DNA from: Myxococcales bacterium
GTDB lineage: Bacteria > Myxococcota_A > UBA9042 > JABWCM01 > BTVJ01
Reading direction: 5' to 3'
Assembly: GCA_045863395.1 (NCBI GenBank)
Contig: BTVJ01000010.1
Span: forward strand, 1 to 64,000
DNA length: 64,000 bases
Within the stretch, counting starts at the first letter, position 1. Each line of letters begins with the position of its first letter. A program made the translations under genes and the position numbers. Shown here in pieces: positions 18,885 through 28,884 of this stretch. The notes below the pieces were generated by a model. That model ran no database searches. It was given only the letters and a program-made list of their open reading frames with translations, and was not told the origin of the DNA.

Positions 18885-19574
18885 ATGATTCGGCTGAGCG
18901 GTGTCGGCAAGACCTACGGCGAGGGCAGCGCGGCGGTGCACGCCCTGCGGGGGGTGGACCTCCACATCCCCGCCGGGCAGTTCGTGAGCGTCATGGGGCC
19001 GAGCGGGTCGGGCAAGTCGACCCTGCTCAACCTGGTGAGCGCGCTGGACGCCCCGACCGCGGGCTCCGTGGTCATCGGCGGCGAGGACGTGGGGGCCCTG
19101 TCCGACGACCGGCTGACCCTGTTCCGGCGGCGGAGCATCGGGCTCGTGTTCCAGTTCTTCAACCTGCTGCCCACCCTGGACGCGACGGACAACGTGCTGC
19201 TGCCGGTGATGCTGGAGCGCAAGGCCACGGCGGCCGACCGCCAGCGGGCGGAGAGGCTGCTCGCGGACGTGGGCCTCGGGCAGCGGGCGCGCCACCGCAT
19301 CCACCAGCTCTCCGGCGGCGAGATGCAGCGGGTGGCCATCGCGCGAGCCTTGGTGCTGGAGCCGCGGCTCCTGCTGGCCGACGAACCGACCGGAAACCTG
19401 GACTCGGCGACGGGCGCGGCCATCCTGGAGCTGCTGCGCAACGCCTGCCGGACCCACGGCATGACGGTGGTCATGGTCACCCACGACCGGTCCGCCGCGA
19501 GCGTCGGTGACCGGCTCGTGCTGCTCAAGGACGGGCAGATCGTGGGCGACGCGCCGGCGGGGGACGCCGCGTGA
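18885..19574 (+). CDS. ABC transporter ATP-binding protein (LolD/MacB-type)
   Basis: GPSGSGKST, LSGGEMQRVAIARAL, LADEPTGNLD, VTHD. Confidence 0.95.
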   Translation: MIRLSGVGKTYGEGSAAVHALRGVDLHIPAGQFVSVMGPSGSGKSTLLNLVSALDAPTAGSVVIGGEDVGALSDDRLTLFRRRSIGLVFQFFNLLPTLDATDNVLLPVMLERKATAADRQRAERLLADVGLGQRARHRIHQLSGGEMQRVAIARALVLEPRLLLADEPTGNLDSATGAAILELLRNACRTHGMTVVMVTHDRSAASVGDRLVLLKDGQIVGDAPAGDAA

Positions 19575-22246
19575 GCGCCCTGCGCAACGTCCTGTTCCGC
19601 CTGGGGGTCGCCCTGGCGTCGGTGGTGCTCTCCCTGGTCTATATCGCGGCGCTGCTCCTGCGGCCCTGGCGCATCGGGCGCCTGCTCTCCACCGTCAGCA
19701 TCCCCCGCTTCCACGAGCACCGGCTCCGCACGACGCTGACCATCCTCGGCATCTCGCTGGGCGTAGCCGTGCTCATCGCCGTCGTGCTGGTCAACCGCTC
19801 CATCCTCAGCGGCTTCGAGGGGACGGTCGCCGACCTGTCTGGAAAGGTGGACCTGGAGGTCACCGGCAGCGGCACGGGCTTCGACGAGGAGCGCCTCTAC
19901 GACATCAAGGAGGTCCCGGGCGTCCACAAGGCGACCCCGGTCGTCAGGGAGACGGCGGTCCTGAGGCAGCCGGGCGCCGAGGGCGAGCACCTGCTGATCC
20001 TCGGTGTGGACTTCCTCGGGGAGGACGACGAGCACTTCCGCGAGTACGACTCCGACGAGATGGAGCGCATCAAGGCGGAGCCCTTCAGCTTCCTCAACAG
20101 CCCGACCAACATCATCGTGAGCCGGGCGCTGGCGGACCGCTTCGGATACGTCGAGGGCGACACCGTGCCGCTGGCCACCCCCGAGGGCACCCGCGATTTC
20201 ACCATCTGGGGCTTCATCGAGGCGGAGGGGGTCGGGCGGGCCTTCGGCGGCAGCATCGCGGTCATGTACTACCAGGCCATGCAGGTAGCCTGGGACCGGG
20301 GCTCCAACGTGGACGCCATCGACGTGGCCATCGCGCCGGGCGCCGACCGGGACACGGTGGCCCGCGCCATCGAGGCGGCCATGGGGCCGGGCTTCGAGGC
20401 CGCCTCACCGGAGCGCAGCAACGACCGGGTCCGCAACATGCTCGCGCCGCTCAACTCGGGGCTCATGATGAGCAGCCTCATCGCGCTGCTGGTCGGCATG
20501 TTCCTGATCTACAACACCATGAGCATCAGCGTGGTGCAGCGGAAGCGCGAGATTGGCATCCTGCGCTCGCTGGGCACGACGCGGCGGCAGATCCTGGCGC
20601 TGTTCACCCTGGAGGGGCTGCTGCTCGGGGTCATCGGCTCCGCCATCGGGGTCGGCGTCGGCGTGCTGCTGGCGCGGGGGCTCCTCGACGGCATGACGGA
20701 GGCGGTCAGCGAGCTCTACGTCCAGACCGCGGCGACGGGCGTGCGAGCCGACCCGCTGCTCCTGGTCGGGGGCTTCCTCACGGGCATCGCGGGCGCCGTC
20801 GCCGCTTCACTCGTGCCGGCGCGGGCGGCGACGCGCATCACCCCCATGGAGACTATCCGGTCCGGGGGGAGCGTGCCGGTGGTGACCAGGCACCGCTTCG
20901 CGGCCTCCGACGCGCTCGGGCTGGCGCTGCTATTGGCGGCCTGGCCGCTCCTGCTGGTGCCGCCGGAGGGAGACATCCCCGTCGGGGGCCTTGCCGCCAA
21001 CGTGGCGCTGACCCTCGGGGTGGCGCTGCTGGCGCGGCGGGGCATCCAGCTCTTCCGGCGCACGATGGGGGCCGCCGTGGCCCGCCCGCTGGGCATCGAG
21101 GGGCGCATGTCCCTCGACAACCTGGAGCGGGACCTGGGGCGCGCGGGCATCACGACGGCGGCGCTGACCATCGGCGTCTCCATGGCGGTGAGCCTCACCG
21201 TGTTCCTCGGCAGCTTCCGCGCCGCCGCCTTCGACTGGGTCGAGCAGACCATCCCCGCGGACCTGTTCATCACGAGCGCCGCCCGCTTCAGCGGCACGCG
21301 CAACGCCCCGATGGCGGACGTCCTGACCGACGAGCTCGCCGCGCTGCCCGGCGTGCTGGACGTCGAGCGGGTGCGCATCGTGGACATCGACCGGAGCGCG
21401 GACGCCATCAAGCTGCTCTCCACGGACATCGCGATCATCGAGCGGAGGGCCACCCTGACCTTCCTGGAGGGGAGCCGCGAGGAGGCGCTCCCGGCCATGC
21501 GGAGCGGCGGGGTACTGCTCAGCGAGAACCTGTCGCGGCGCCGGGACCTTCATGTGGGGGACACGTTCGAGCTCCCGACGCCGGCGGGCCGCCAGACCTT
21601 CCCCGTGGTGGGGGTGGTGGTCGACTACACGAGCGACCGCGGCATGGTGCTGATGGACCGCCCGGTCTACGTGGAGCGGTGGGGAGACGCGCGGGTGGAC
21701 ACCTACAAGCTCTACCTCCCGGACGGGACGGATCTCGAGCCCCTGCGGCGGACCATCAACGAGCGGTGGGGCGAGAAGTACAACCTGTTCGTGCTGACCG
21801 ACCGGGAGTTCCGGGAGGAGATCAGCCGCATCCTGGACCAGACCTTCCAGCTCATGACCGCGCTGGAGCTGGTCGCGCTGATCATCGCGCTCCTCGGGGT
21901 GGTCAACACGCTGCTCGCCAGCGTCCTGGACAGGACCCGCGAGATCGGCGTGCTGCGCGCCATCGGCATGTTGCGGCGCCAGGTGCGCAAGCTGGTGATG
22001 GCGGAGGCGGGGCTGCTCGGGACCGTGAGCGTGGTGCTCGGGATGGCGCTGGGGTTCGGGTCGGGCCTGATCCTGCTCCAGTCCATCAGCCTGGTGTCGA
22101 CGGGCTGGTACTTCCCCCTTCGCCCGCCCGCCTGGAACCTGGTGCAGACCGCAATCCTGGTCATCGGCGTGTCGGTGGTGGCCGGGTGGTATCCGGCGCG
22201 GGAGGCGGCGCGCATGCCGGTGACCGACGCCCTCGAGTACGAGTAG
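19571..22246 (+). CDS. FtsX/MacB-like ABC permease (duplicated)
   Basis: Two periplasmic plus FtsX halves, each with a REIG(I/V)LR(S/A)(L/I)G motif. GTGA overlap with the ATPase gene. Confidence 0.92.
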   Translation: MSALRNVLFRLGVALASVVLSLVYIAALLLRPWRIGRLLSTVSIPRFHEHRLRTTLTILGISLGVAVLIAVVLVNRSILSGFEGTVADLSGKVDLEVTGSGTGFDEERLYDIKEVPGVHKATPVVRETAVLRQPGAEGEHLLILGVDFLGEDDEHFREYDSDEMERIKAEPFSFLNSPTNIIVSRALADRFGYVEGDTVPLATPEGTRDFTIWGFIEAEGVGRAFGGSIAVMYYQAMQVAWDRGSNVDAIDVAIAPGADRDTVARAIEAAMGPGFEAASPERSNDRVRNMLAPLNSGLMMSSLIALLVGMFLIYNTMSISVVQRKREIGILRSLGTTRRQILALFTLEGLLLGVIGSAIGVGVGVLLARGLLDGMTEAVSELYVQTAATGVRADPLLLVGGFLTGIAGAVAASLVPARAATRITPMETIRSGGSVPVVTRHRFAASDALGLALLLAAWPLLLVPPEGDIPVGGLAANVALTLGVALLARRGIQLFRRTMGAAVARPLGIEGRMSLDNLERDLGRAGITTAALTIGVSMAVSLTVFLGSFRAAAFDWVEQTIPADLFITSAARFSGTRNAPMADVLTDELAALPGVLDVERVRIVDIDRSADAIKLLSTDIAIIERRATLTFLEGSREEALPAMRSGGVLLSENLSRRRDLHVGDTFELPTPAGRQTFPVVGVVVDYTSDRGMVLMDRPVYVERWGDARVDTYKLYLPDGTDLEPLRRTINERWGEKYNLFVLTDREFREEISRILDQTFQLMTALELVALIIALLGVVNTLLASVLDRTREIGVLRAIGMLRRQVRKLVMAEAGLLGTVSVVLGMALGFGSGLILLQSISLVSTGWYFPLRPPAWNLVQTAILVIGVSVVAGWYPAREAARMPVTDALEYE

Positions 22247-22255
22247 GAGGTGCAG

Positions 22256-23569
22256 ATGAGGCCGATGTGGGTCGTGGCGATGGTGGGGGTCCTGACGGGG
22301 TGCGCGTCGGCGCCTCCGCCACCACCGCCGGTGCCGGTGGCGCCCCCGCCCGCTCCGGTTGTGAGCTGGCTCGACACGCTGGCGGCTGGCGCTGGCATCG
22401 AGGTGCCCGTGGCGACGGACCGCATCCCGTTGGGGGCCGCGGGTGAGCCTGGGGGCGCGCCGGTGGTCCTGGTGACGCCGGCGGGCATCTTCTTCGACGG
22501 CGCGGTGGTGGTGCGCGCGGCCCTGGTGGAGGACCGGATCGAGGCGCCGGCCGCGCAAGGGAAGCGCATCGGGACGTCCGCGCTCATCGCCCAGCTCTTC
22601 GACGCCGCGAAGGCGCGCAACCCGCGGTTCCAGTTCAACGCGCCGGGCGGGACCACTGGCCCCCGCGAGCCGGTGGTCATGATCGCCGACTCCCGCGCGC
22701 CCGTGAGCCTGCTCGCCCGCGCGCGGAACAGCGTCTGGCACGCAGGGTGGCAGCCGACCGGGTGGGTGGTGCGCGACGCGGCGGGCGCGCCGCGGACCCT
22801 GGCAGTGGAGGATCCGCCGGTGTGCAGGCGGGCCGCCCCTCCCAAGGTGACCGAGATCCAGGGCGGCTCGCGCACCGGAACCCCGTCGGGCATCGCCATC
22901 GCCGCGTCGGCGGTGGTGGGAGCCTGCGACGCCGCGTCCCAGGACCAGGTGATCCGGGAGCTCGCAGAGCTGCTCGGGACCTGCTGGGGGCGCACCGTCG
23001 CGCAGGTGGCCCTCCTCGAGGGAGAGACCGACGACGCGACCCTCACGTGGGTGACTGCCCCCGACGGGTCGGTGGAGGGGGTCTTCGCCGAGTCCTCCTT
23101 CCTCGGCTATGGCGCCGACATGGGCGCCTGCATCCTGAGCGTGGTCAAGTCGAAGCGCCACGCACCCCCGAGCGCGGGGCGGTGCCTGGGCACGACGCGG
23201 GTGACCTATCAGGCCGGCGAGATGGTGGACAGGCTCACGGTGGAGCCGCGGGTCGGGGCGCCGGAGACGCTGCCCACGCCGCTACGCCACGCCGAGTGCC
23301 GCCTGAGCGCGGGCAGGCTGGGCTTCGCGTTGTTCCCCATGGCCGCGGGGGGCTGCGGCGCCGGCGGGTCCATCTGGGCCCAGATCGACCGCGCCGGGGT
23401 GGACCGCCTGCCGGACTGGCTGGCGGAGGTGGCGGGCGCCGGGGGAGCGGACCTCCAGACGGTGAACCTGCGCACGGACGAGAAGGCGACCCTCGGGGAC
23501 ACGCTGCGTGCGCTGGACGCCCTCGGGCGGGCGGGGGCGAAGCCGGCTCTGCGCATGGGGGTGGACTGA
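22256..23569 (+). CDS. Hypothetical lipoprotein with ExbD-like and TonB/AgmX-C-like segments
   Basis: AGGAGG RBS, lipobox LTGC, Pro-rich linker, IADSRAPVSLL and LRTDEKATLGDTLRALDAL ExbD-like segments. Confidence 0.6.
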   Translation: MRPMWVVAMVGVLTGCASAPPPPPPVPVAPPPAPVVSWLDTLAAGAGIEVPVATDRIPLGAAGEPGGAPVVLVTPAGIFFDGAVVVRAALVEDRIEAPAAQGKRIGTSALIAQLFDAAKARNPRFQFNAPGGTTGPREPVVMIADSRAPVSLLARARNSVWHAGWQPTGWVVRDAAGAPRTLAVEDPPVCRRAAPPKVTEIQGGSRTGTPSGIAIAASAVVGACDAASQDQVIRELAELLGTCWGRTVAQVALLEGETDDATLTWVTAPDGSVEGVFAESSFLGYGADMGACILSVVKSKRHAPPSAGRCLGTTRVTYQAGEMVDRLTVEPRVGAPETLPTPLRHAECRLSAGRLGFALFPMAAGGCGAGGSIWAQIDRAGVDRLPDWLAEVAGAGGADLQTVNLRTDEKATLGDTLRALDALGRAGAKPALRMGVD

Positions 23570-23598
23570 TGGGTGGTGGCACACACAGCGGAGGACTC

Positions 23599-24105
23599 AT
23601 GGGATCTCGGTGGACACTCGCCCTCGCCCTGCTCCTCGGCGCCTGCACCAAGGAGAAGCCGCCCGCGCCAGCTCCAAGCGTCGCGGACGCCGGAGTGTCC
23701 CCGAAGCCGGCCGCGGGCCTGGACAGCATGCAGCAGTTCCTCGTGGACACGGGCGCGAAGGACCTCCGCGCGGCCAAGGAGGCCCTCGCCAGGGGTGAGA
23801 ACCCGCTCCACCTGTGCGCCGCGGTGACCTCGGGCGTGCCGAAGCTCGCGAAGGTGGAGGCGCCGGCGGCGCAGGAGCTGGTCGAGGAGGCCACGCGGAG
23901 CTGCGGCTTCGAGATCCCGCTGGCGTGGGGCGAGCGCCTGGTGAAGAAGATGCGGGCGGTCCGTGAGGAGCGCCCCGCGGAGGTCTTCTTCGTGGAGTGT
24001 GTCGAGGTGGAGATGGCGGTGGACGGCATGACCGAGGAGCGCCGCAAGGACCCGAAGATCGTCGCGCTGCTCAAGGACCACGCGGAGCTGTGCACACAGC
24101 CATAG
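23599..24105 (+). CDS. Hypothetical lipoprotein (helical, 4 further Cys)
   Basis: GGAGG RBS, MGSRWTLALALLLGAC lipobox, typical codon usage. Confidence 0.7.
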   Translation: MGSRWTLALALLLGACTKEKPPAPAPSVADAGVSPKPAAGLDSMQQFLVDTGAKDLRAAKEALARGENPLHLCAAVTSGVPKLAKVEAPAAQELVEEATRSCGFEIPLAWGERLVKKMRAVREERPAEVFFVECVEVEMAVDGMTEERRKDPKIVALLKDHAELCTQP

Positions 24106-24114
24106 GGGGCGGCC

Positions 24115-24618
24115 ATGGCCGACGCCGAGATCATCGTGCTGACCTTCAAGGAGGGGCTCCTGTCCCGGGTGGCCCACGACCTGAAGCTGCGGGCGGAGAG
24201 CGTAGTGGTCGTGGCGGTTGGCGACACGGTCGAGGTGACGGTCGACGCCCGCTCGCTGCGGGTCGTGTGCGCCATGGCGGACGGCCGCGAGAGCCACGGC
24301 ACCCTGAGCGCGGCCGACATGCGCAAGATCGAGCACAACCTCGTGGAGGACGTGCTCGCCGCCGCTCGCTACCCGACGATTTCATTTCGCTCCGATCCGC
24401 TGCGGCCGGGTGTAGTGAGCGGCGCCCTGACCCTGCACGGGGTCACTCGGCGCGTGACCGCCCCGGCCCATCGCGCCGCCGACCTCTGGACCGCCCGCTT
24501 CGACCTGCACCAGCCGGACTTCGGGATCCGCCCCTACTCCGCGATGATGGGCGCCCTCCGCGTCCGCCCCGACGTCCAGGTCCACGTGGCGGTGGGCCAT
24601 CGCGAGGAGTGGATCTGA
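24115..24618 (+). CDS. YceI-like protein
   Basis: KEGLLSRVAHDL, YPTISF, GALTLHGVTR, DFGIRPYSAMMGALRV. Confidence 0.8.
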   Translation: MADAEIIVLTFKEGLLSRVAHDLKLRAESVVVVAVGDTVEVTVDARSLRVVCAMADGRESHGTLSAADMRKIEHNLVEDVLAAARYPTISFRSDPLRPGVVSGALTLHGVTRRVTAPAHRAADLWTARFDLHQPDFGIRPYSAMMGALRVRPDVQVHVAVGHREEWI

Positions 24619-24696
24619 GCGGAGACCGGACGCCGAGGTCGCAGGGAGTCTCGGCCGCCTTCGCGGGGAGCGCCACCAGAGGCGGAGGATCCCGAG

Positions 24697-25707
24697 ATGA
24701 GCAACGAGCCAGACGCAGTGAGGCCGCGGGTCGATCTCTACCGGCAGATCACGGGCCGAATCATCGAGGCCCTGGAGCGGGGCGTGGCCCCGTGGGTCTG
24801 TCCGTGGCAGCGGAGCCGAGAGAAGGGACCGCAGCGCAACGGTGTGTCCGGTCGCCAGTACCAGGGCATCAACACGCTCCTGACCATGATCGCCGGGTTC
24901 GCGTCCACGCGCTGGTACACGGCGCGCCAGGTGGGCAAGCTCGGGGGCCGGCTCCTCGAAGGCGAGCGCGCCACGACGCTCGTCTGGTTCGAGATGAGGT
25001 ACATCGAGACGAGCGAGGGGCCCGACGGGGTCGGGACGGTGGGTCGTGTGGTGCCCGTGCTCCGAGAGCACGAGGTCTTCAACGCGGAGCAGATCGCGTG
25101 GCCGGAGGGCTCGAAGCACGCTCTGCCCGTGGCGCCGGAGCGCCGAGGCCAGTGGGAGGACGAGCTGCCCCGGCAGCTCGTCGAGCGGTCGGGGGCGCGG
25201 GTGGAGCGGCGGGGAACCCGGGCGTACTACTCGCCATCGGAGGACCGCATCGTCCTCCCCGTGGAGGAGCGGTTCGAGGACCCCACGTCGTACTACGGGA
25301 CCCTCCTGCACGAGCTGGCCCACTGGACGGGCCACCGAGACCGCCTCGACCGCGACTTCTCCAAGCGGTTCGGCGACGAGCGCTACGCCTTCGAGGAGCT
25401 GGTCGCGGAGCTCACCGCGGCCTTCCTCTGCGCCCACGTGGGCCTCGACGGCACGCTCCAGCACGCCGGGTACATCGACTCCTGGCTGAACGTGCTCCGA
25501 CGAGACAAGCGGGCGATCTTCACGGCGTCGGCGCAGGCCCAGAAGGCCGCGGAGCTCCTGCTGTGGAAGGGAGGCCTGGGCCCCGAGCCGCGGCGGCCCA
25601 AGGGCCCGTGGACACCACCAGATGCGGAGGCAGGCGAGGCTGAGCCCTCCCAGCGCCGGCGGCGACACCCGAGGGAGACCGGGTCTCAGACCTTCGTGGA
25701 CTCGTAG
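24697..25707 (+). CDS. ardC: ArdC-family ssDNA-binding antirestriction protein with zincin-like domain
   Basis: LYRQITGRII...GVAPWVCPW, YQGIN, AYYSPSEDRIVLP, LLHELAHWTGH...RLDR, YAFEELVAEL. Confidence 0.9.
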   Translation: MSNEPDAVRPRVDLYRQITGRIIEALERGVAPWVCPWQRSREKGPQRNGVSGRQYQGINTLLTMIAGFASTRWYTARQVGKLGGRLLEGERATTLVWFEMRYIETSEGPDGVGTVGRVVPVLREHEVFNAEQIAWPEGSKHALPVAPERRGQWEDELPRQLVERSGARVERRGTRAYYSPSEDRIVLPVEERFEDPTSYYGTLLHELAHWTGHRDRLDRDFSKRFGDERYAFEELVAELTAAFLCAHVGLDGTLQHAGYIDSWLNVLRRDKRAIFTASAQAQKAAELLLWKGGLGPEPRRPKGPWTPPDAEAGEAEPSQRRRRHPRETGSQTFVDS

Positions 25708-26372
25708 TCGACCCCGTGGGTCGTGCACGCGGCCTTGAGGGCCTCCTCGTCCAGCACCTTCACGGCCTCGAAGTGCATCGGGTCCTTCTTGCTGGAGTAC
25801 CAGCCACCCCAGTAGATGCCGAAGTCGGCGCACTTGTCGGCGATCTCGGCGACGCTGCCCGCCGCGCCACGCTTCGCCTGGGTGCCGTTGTAGGGGTTCT
25901 CCGCCGCGTTGATGTCGATGGCCGTCCCGAGGGCGTGGTTCGAGAGCTTCTTCTCGTTGTTGGTGATGGTCCGCGCCACGCACGTCCCGCTGTTGGTCAG
26001 GGGCTTGATCACCGTGCCGGACACCGCCTTGAACAGCGCGACGAACTGGCGGGCCACCTTCTTGTGGAACCGCATGCCGGACAGACCAATATCGGAGACC
26101 GAGACCCTGACGATGTTCTGGGACTCCCAATCCGCCGGGTCGCTGATGGTGACGTGCTTCTGGGTACACGTGGCGTTGAAGCAGTCGCCGGCGGACCAGG
26201 TGAAGGTGAAGTCGGCGCGGTGGGTCGGGTCCTTGTCCAGCGTCTGATACGTGATCCCTGCGGGCTTGGCCGGGTCGGGCCCGGTCTGCTCCGCGACGAC
26301 CTCCTTGCGGTTGCCCTCGCCCGTGCCCTCCTTCGAGGTCTTGTGCTTGGCTGCTACCTTCTTCTTGGCCAT
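25686..26372 (-). CDS. M15-family Zn metallopeptidase (peptidoglycan hydrolase)
   Basis: LSNHALGTAIDIN, WGG, DPMHFE. No signal peptide. Confidence 0.85.
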   Translation of the reverse strand: MAKKKVAAKHKTSKEGTGEGNRKEVVAEQTGPDPAKPAGITYQTLDKDPTHRADFTFTWSAGDCFNATCTQKHVTISDPADWESQNIVRVSVSDIGLSGMRFHKKVARQFVALFKAVSGTVIKPLTNSGTCVARTITNNEKKLSNHALGTAIDINAAENPYNGTQAKRGAAGSVAEIADKCADFGIYWGGWYSSKKDPMHFEAVKVLDEEALKAACTTHGVDYESTKV

Positions 26373-26374
26373 CG

Positions 26375-26920
26375 TCAGCTCCCGCAGGGTCCGTCGGGGA
26401 AGATCTCCAGCTCCAGCTCCTCCTCGTTGAAGGAGGTGACGAGCGAGGTCATGCCGCGTTCGTCGGTGCGCCCCTCCCAGCGCTTTCCGGACGCGCTCGT
26501 GATCACGTAGTGGAGGTGGCACCACGGCTCGCCGTCCGGGTCCTTCACGGTGAAGCCGCCCTCGAAGCGCGGGACGAACTGCACGAGGCCGCCAGCGACG
26601 AAGTCGCCGATGGTCACGTTGGGGCTCCCCTGGATCAGCTTGCCGCTCCCCCCGCAGTGCTTCTGGGCGTCGCCCACGCGGTGGGCCTTGCGCCCGTTGA
26701 TGTAGACACCGGGCGCCCCCGCGGTGGCGATCCACGTGTTGGGCCCGCAGCAGGCCGCGTGTACGCCCACGTCGTCCACGCGCAGGGCGGGGCTCCCGTT
26801 GATCACGACGTCCGGCGACCCTGACGTGCCGGGGCCGATGGCGCCGTGAGGGCAGGACGGGCACCCGTGGCCATCGGCCGGGACCTGCCCCTTGTCTCCT
26901 ACCCTACCCGCCTGCGGCAT
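26375..26920 (-). CDS. PAAR-domain protein with C-terminal transthyretin-like extension
   Basis: AGRVGD, HGCPSCPH, GSPDVVINGSPALRVDD, INGRKAHRVGD, GSPNVTIG, followed by VKDPDGEP...Y.I...G...EGRTDERGMT. Confidence 0.88.
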   Translation of the reverse strand: MPQAGRVGDKGQVPADGHGCPSCPHGAIGPGTSGSPDVVINGSPALRVDDVGVHAACCGPNTWIATAGAPGVYINGRKAHRVGDAQKHCGGSGKLIQGSPNVTIGDFVAGGLVQFVPRFEGGFTVKDPDGEPWCHLHYVITSASGKRWEGRTDERGMTSLVTSFNEEELELEIFPDGPCGS

Positions 26921-27086
26921 GCTGGCCTCCAGTTCTGCGGCACTCGCGCTCCGTGCAACGGCGCACATTCACGCCTATGGGGCACCGCGACGTCAAGCCA
27001 CTTGTTGTCACCATCGCTCTTGGCTCCCGGGCCGAAGGAGAGCGCCACAGCGAAATTGCACGCGGATCCGTCAGGTGCGAAGGGCG

Positions 27087-27482
27087 TCAGGGGCGCAGGT
27101 GGGTGGTGATGAGCTCCAGCAAGCGGGCAGGCTCGATGGGCTTCTCGACGAAGGCCTGGACGGGCATGAAGTCGTCGGAGATGTCGTCGTCGCCGAAGGC
27201 GAAGGCGAGGCGGCTCCGCTGGTTGACCGCCGAGAGGAGGATGACCGGGATGGTCGCCACCTCCGGCGTCTTGTGGAGCAGGCGCGCGGCCTCGAAGCCC
27301 GCCTGGGGGTCCTCGGGGAACATGATGTCCAGGATGATCAGATCGGGGGCGACGCGGCGGACCTCGTCGAGGAGGTGCCGCACGCTCAGGAGCTCGTGGA
27401 CCTCGTGGCCGTGGGCTTCCAGGACCATGCGGAGGCTCAAGAGGATGTCCGGGTCGTCATCGATCATCAGGATGCGCGCCAT
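27087..27482 (-). CDS. Single-domain response regulator receiver
   Basis: ILMIDDD, PDLIILDIMFP, LLSA, EKP. Confidence 0.9.
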   Translation of the reverse strand: MARILMIDDDPDILLSLRMVLEAHGHEVHELLSVRHLLDEVRRVAPDLIILDIMFPEDPQAGFEAARLLHKTPEVATIPVILLSAVNQRSRLAFAFGDDDISDDFMPVQAFVEKPIEPARLLELITTHLRP

Positions 27483-28884
27483 GGCTGCCTCCGGTGGTGG
27501 GGTGGGGGAAGGTCACGGTCATGGTGGTGCCCTCGCCGAGCCTGCTCTTTACATCGATCTGCGCGTCGTGGAGCCGCACCACCTCTGCCACGATGGCGAG
27601 GCCCAGGCCCGAGCCGTTGGGGCGGTGGCGGACGGCCTGGTCCGTGCGGAAGTGGTCCTCCCAGATGCGCGGGATGCACGCCGCCGGGATGCCGATCCCC
27701 TGGTCGGCGATGGCGCAGTGGACGCCGGCAGCGTCGACACGCAGGGACACGGAGACTCGCCCCCCCTCGAGGGAGTAGTCCACGGCGTTGGAGAGGAGGT
27801 TCGAGAGCATCGCCCGCAGCTCCGGCTCCGACGCCGTGATCGGCGCCTCGGTGGCGGGCGGATCCCAGGCGACACCCACCCCGCGAGGCTGACCGCGGGC
27901 CGCGGCCTCGGCGACCTCCTCGCAGAGGATGGGGGTGAGATTGAGGCGCCGCAGCTCCAACTGACTCGGCTCCAGGGTCTTCAGGTTGGCGAGGTGGATG
28001 ATCTGCCCGATGCGCTGCATCAGCAGGTCGCACCGCTCTCCGATGCGCAGGACCACGGTACGGGTCGCGGGCGGCAGCTCGCCCGTGTATCCGTCGCGCA
28101 TCGTGTAGACGTAGCTCTTGATGGCGGCGAGGGGGGCCTTCAGCTCGTGGGTCGCGCGCAGGGTCGCGCGCACCTTCTGCTCACCGACCCTCAGCAGGCG
28201 GTCGTGGTCGGCCTGCAGGCGCGCCTCCCGGGCGCGGAGGCCGTTGGCGAGCTGGGCGACCAGGTACCAGCAGGTCAGGAACACCGCGAAGAGCCCCAGC
28301 ACGTATACGGTCGTCAGCATCCGGTGCTCTGCCAGGCGCGCCGCCAGGTCGCTCCCGAGGATGCTCTGAGGCGGCAGCACGCCGAAGCCCGTGAGCACCA
28401 CCGGCGTCGCGGCGAGCGCGGCGCCCACGAGCGCCATGGTCAGGCTCTGCCGCGGCGTGCAGTGGAGCGTGAGCAGTGAGATGTGGGCGAGGAACAGCGC
28501 CGAGATGGGGGTCTCCACCAGACCCAGGGTGTAGGTGAGGGCGGAGAGCGCGACGAAGTCGGTGGTGGACTGGGCGAGCAGGAAGCCGCGAGGGCTCACC
28601 CACGGGACCTGGCCCGCCTGGATAGGCCCCGCGGACAGCGAGTAGACGACGTTCGTCAGGGCGAGGAAGGCGGTGACCCCCGCCAGGAGGATCGGAGAGA
28701 TGGAGACGGGCAGGAGCTCGGTGGCTGCAGCGAGGGTGCCCAGGGCGCCCAGGGCCACGAAGACCCAGCGGACGACCACGCTCCACCAGATGCGGTCCAC
28801 CAGCTCGCGGCGGCGAAGGCGCACCTCGTCGGAGTTGGGCGTCCACCACCGGAAGACGCCGCGCTCGTGGCGGGGGAGGCTCAC
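27457..28884 (-). CDS. Membrane sensor histidine kinase
   Basis: 5-6 TM helices, H-box THELKAPL, NLLSNAVDY, DQGIGI, GSGLGL. GTG start overlaps the hypB stop. Confidence 0.9.
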   Translation of the reverse strand: MSLPRHERGVFRWWTPNSDEVRLRRRELVDRIWWSVVVRWVFVALGALGTLAAATELLPVSISPILLAGVTAFLALTNVVYSLSAGPIQAGQVPWVSPRGFLLAQSTTDFVALSALTYTLGLVETPISALFLAHISLLTLHCTPRQSLTMALVGAALAATPVVLTGFGVLPPQSILGSDLAARLAEHRMLTTVYVLGLFAVFLTCWYLVAQLANGLRAREARLQADHDRLLRVGEQKVRATLRATHELKAPLAAIKSYVYTMRDGYTGELPPATRTVVLRIGERCDLLMQRIGQIIHLANLKTLEPSQLELRRLNLTPILCEEVAEAAARGQPRGVGVAWDPPATEAPITASEPELRAMLSNLLSNAVDYSLEGGRVSVSLRVDAAGVHCAIADQGIGIPAACIPRIWEDHFRTDQAVRHRPNGSGLGLAIVAEVVRLHDAQIDVKSRLGEGTTMTVTFPHPTTGGSHGAHPDDR

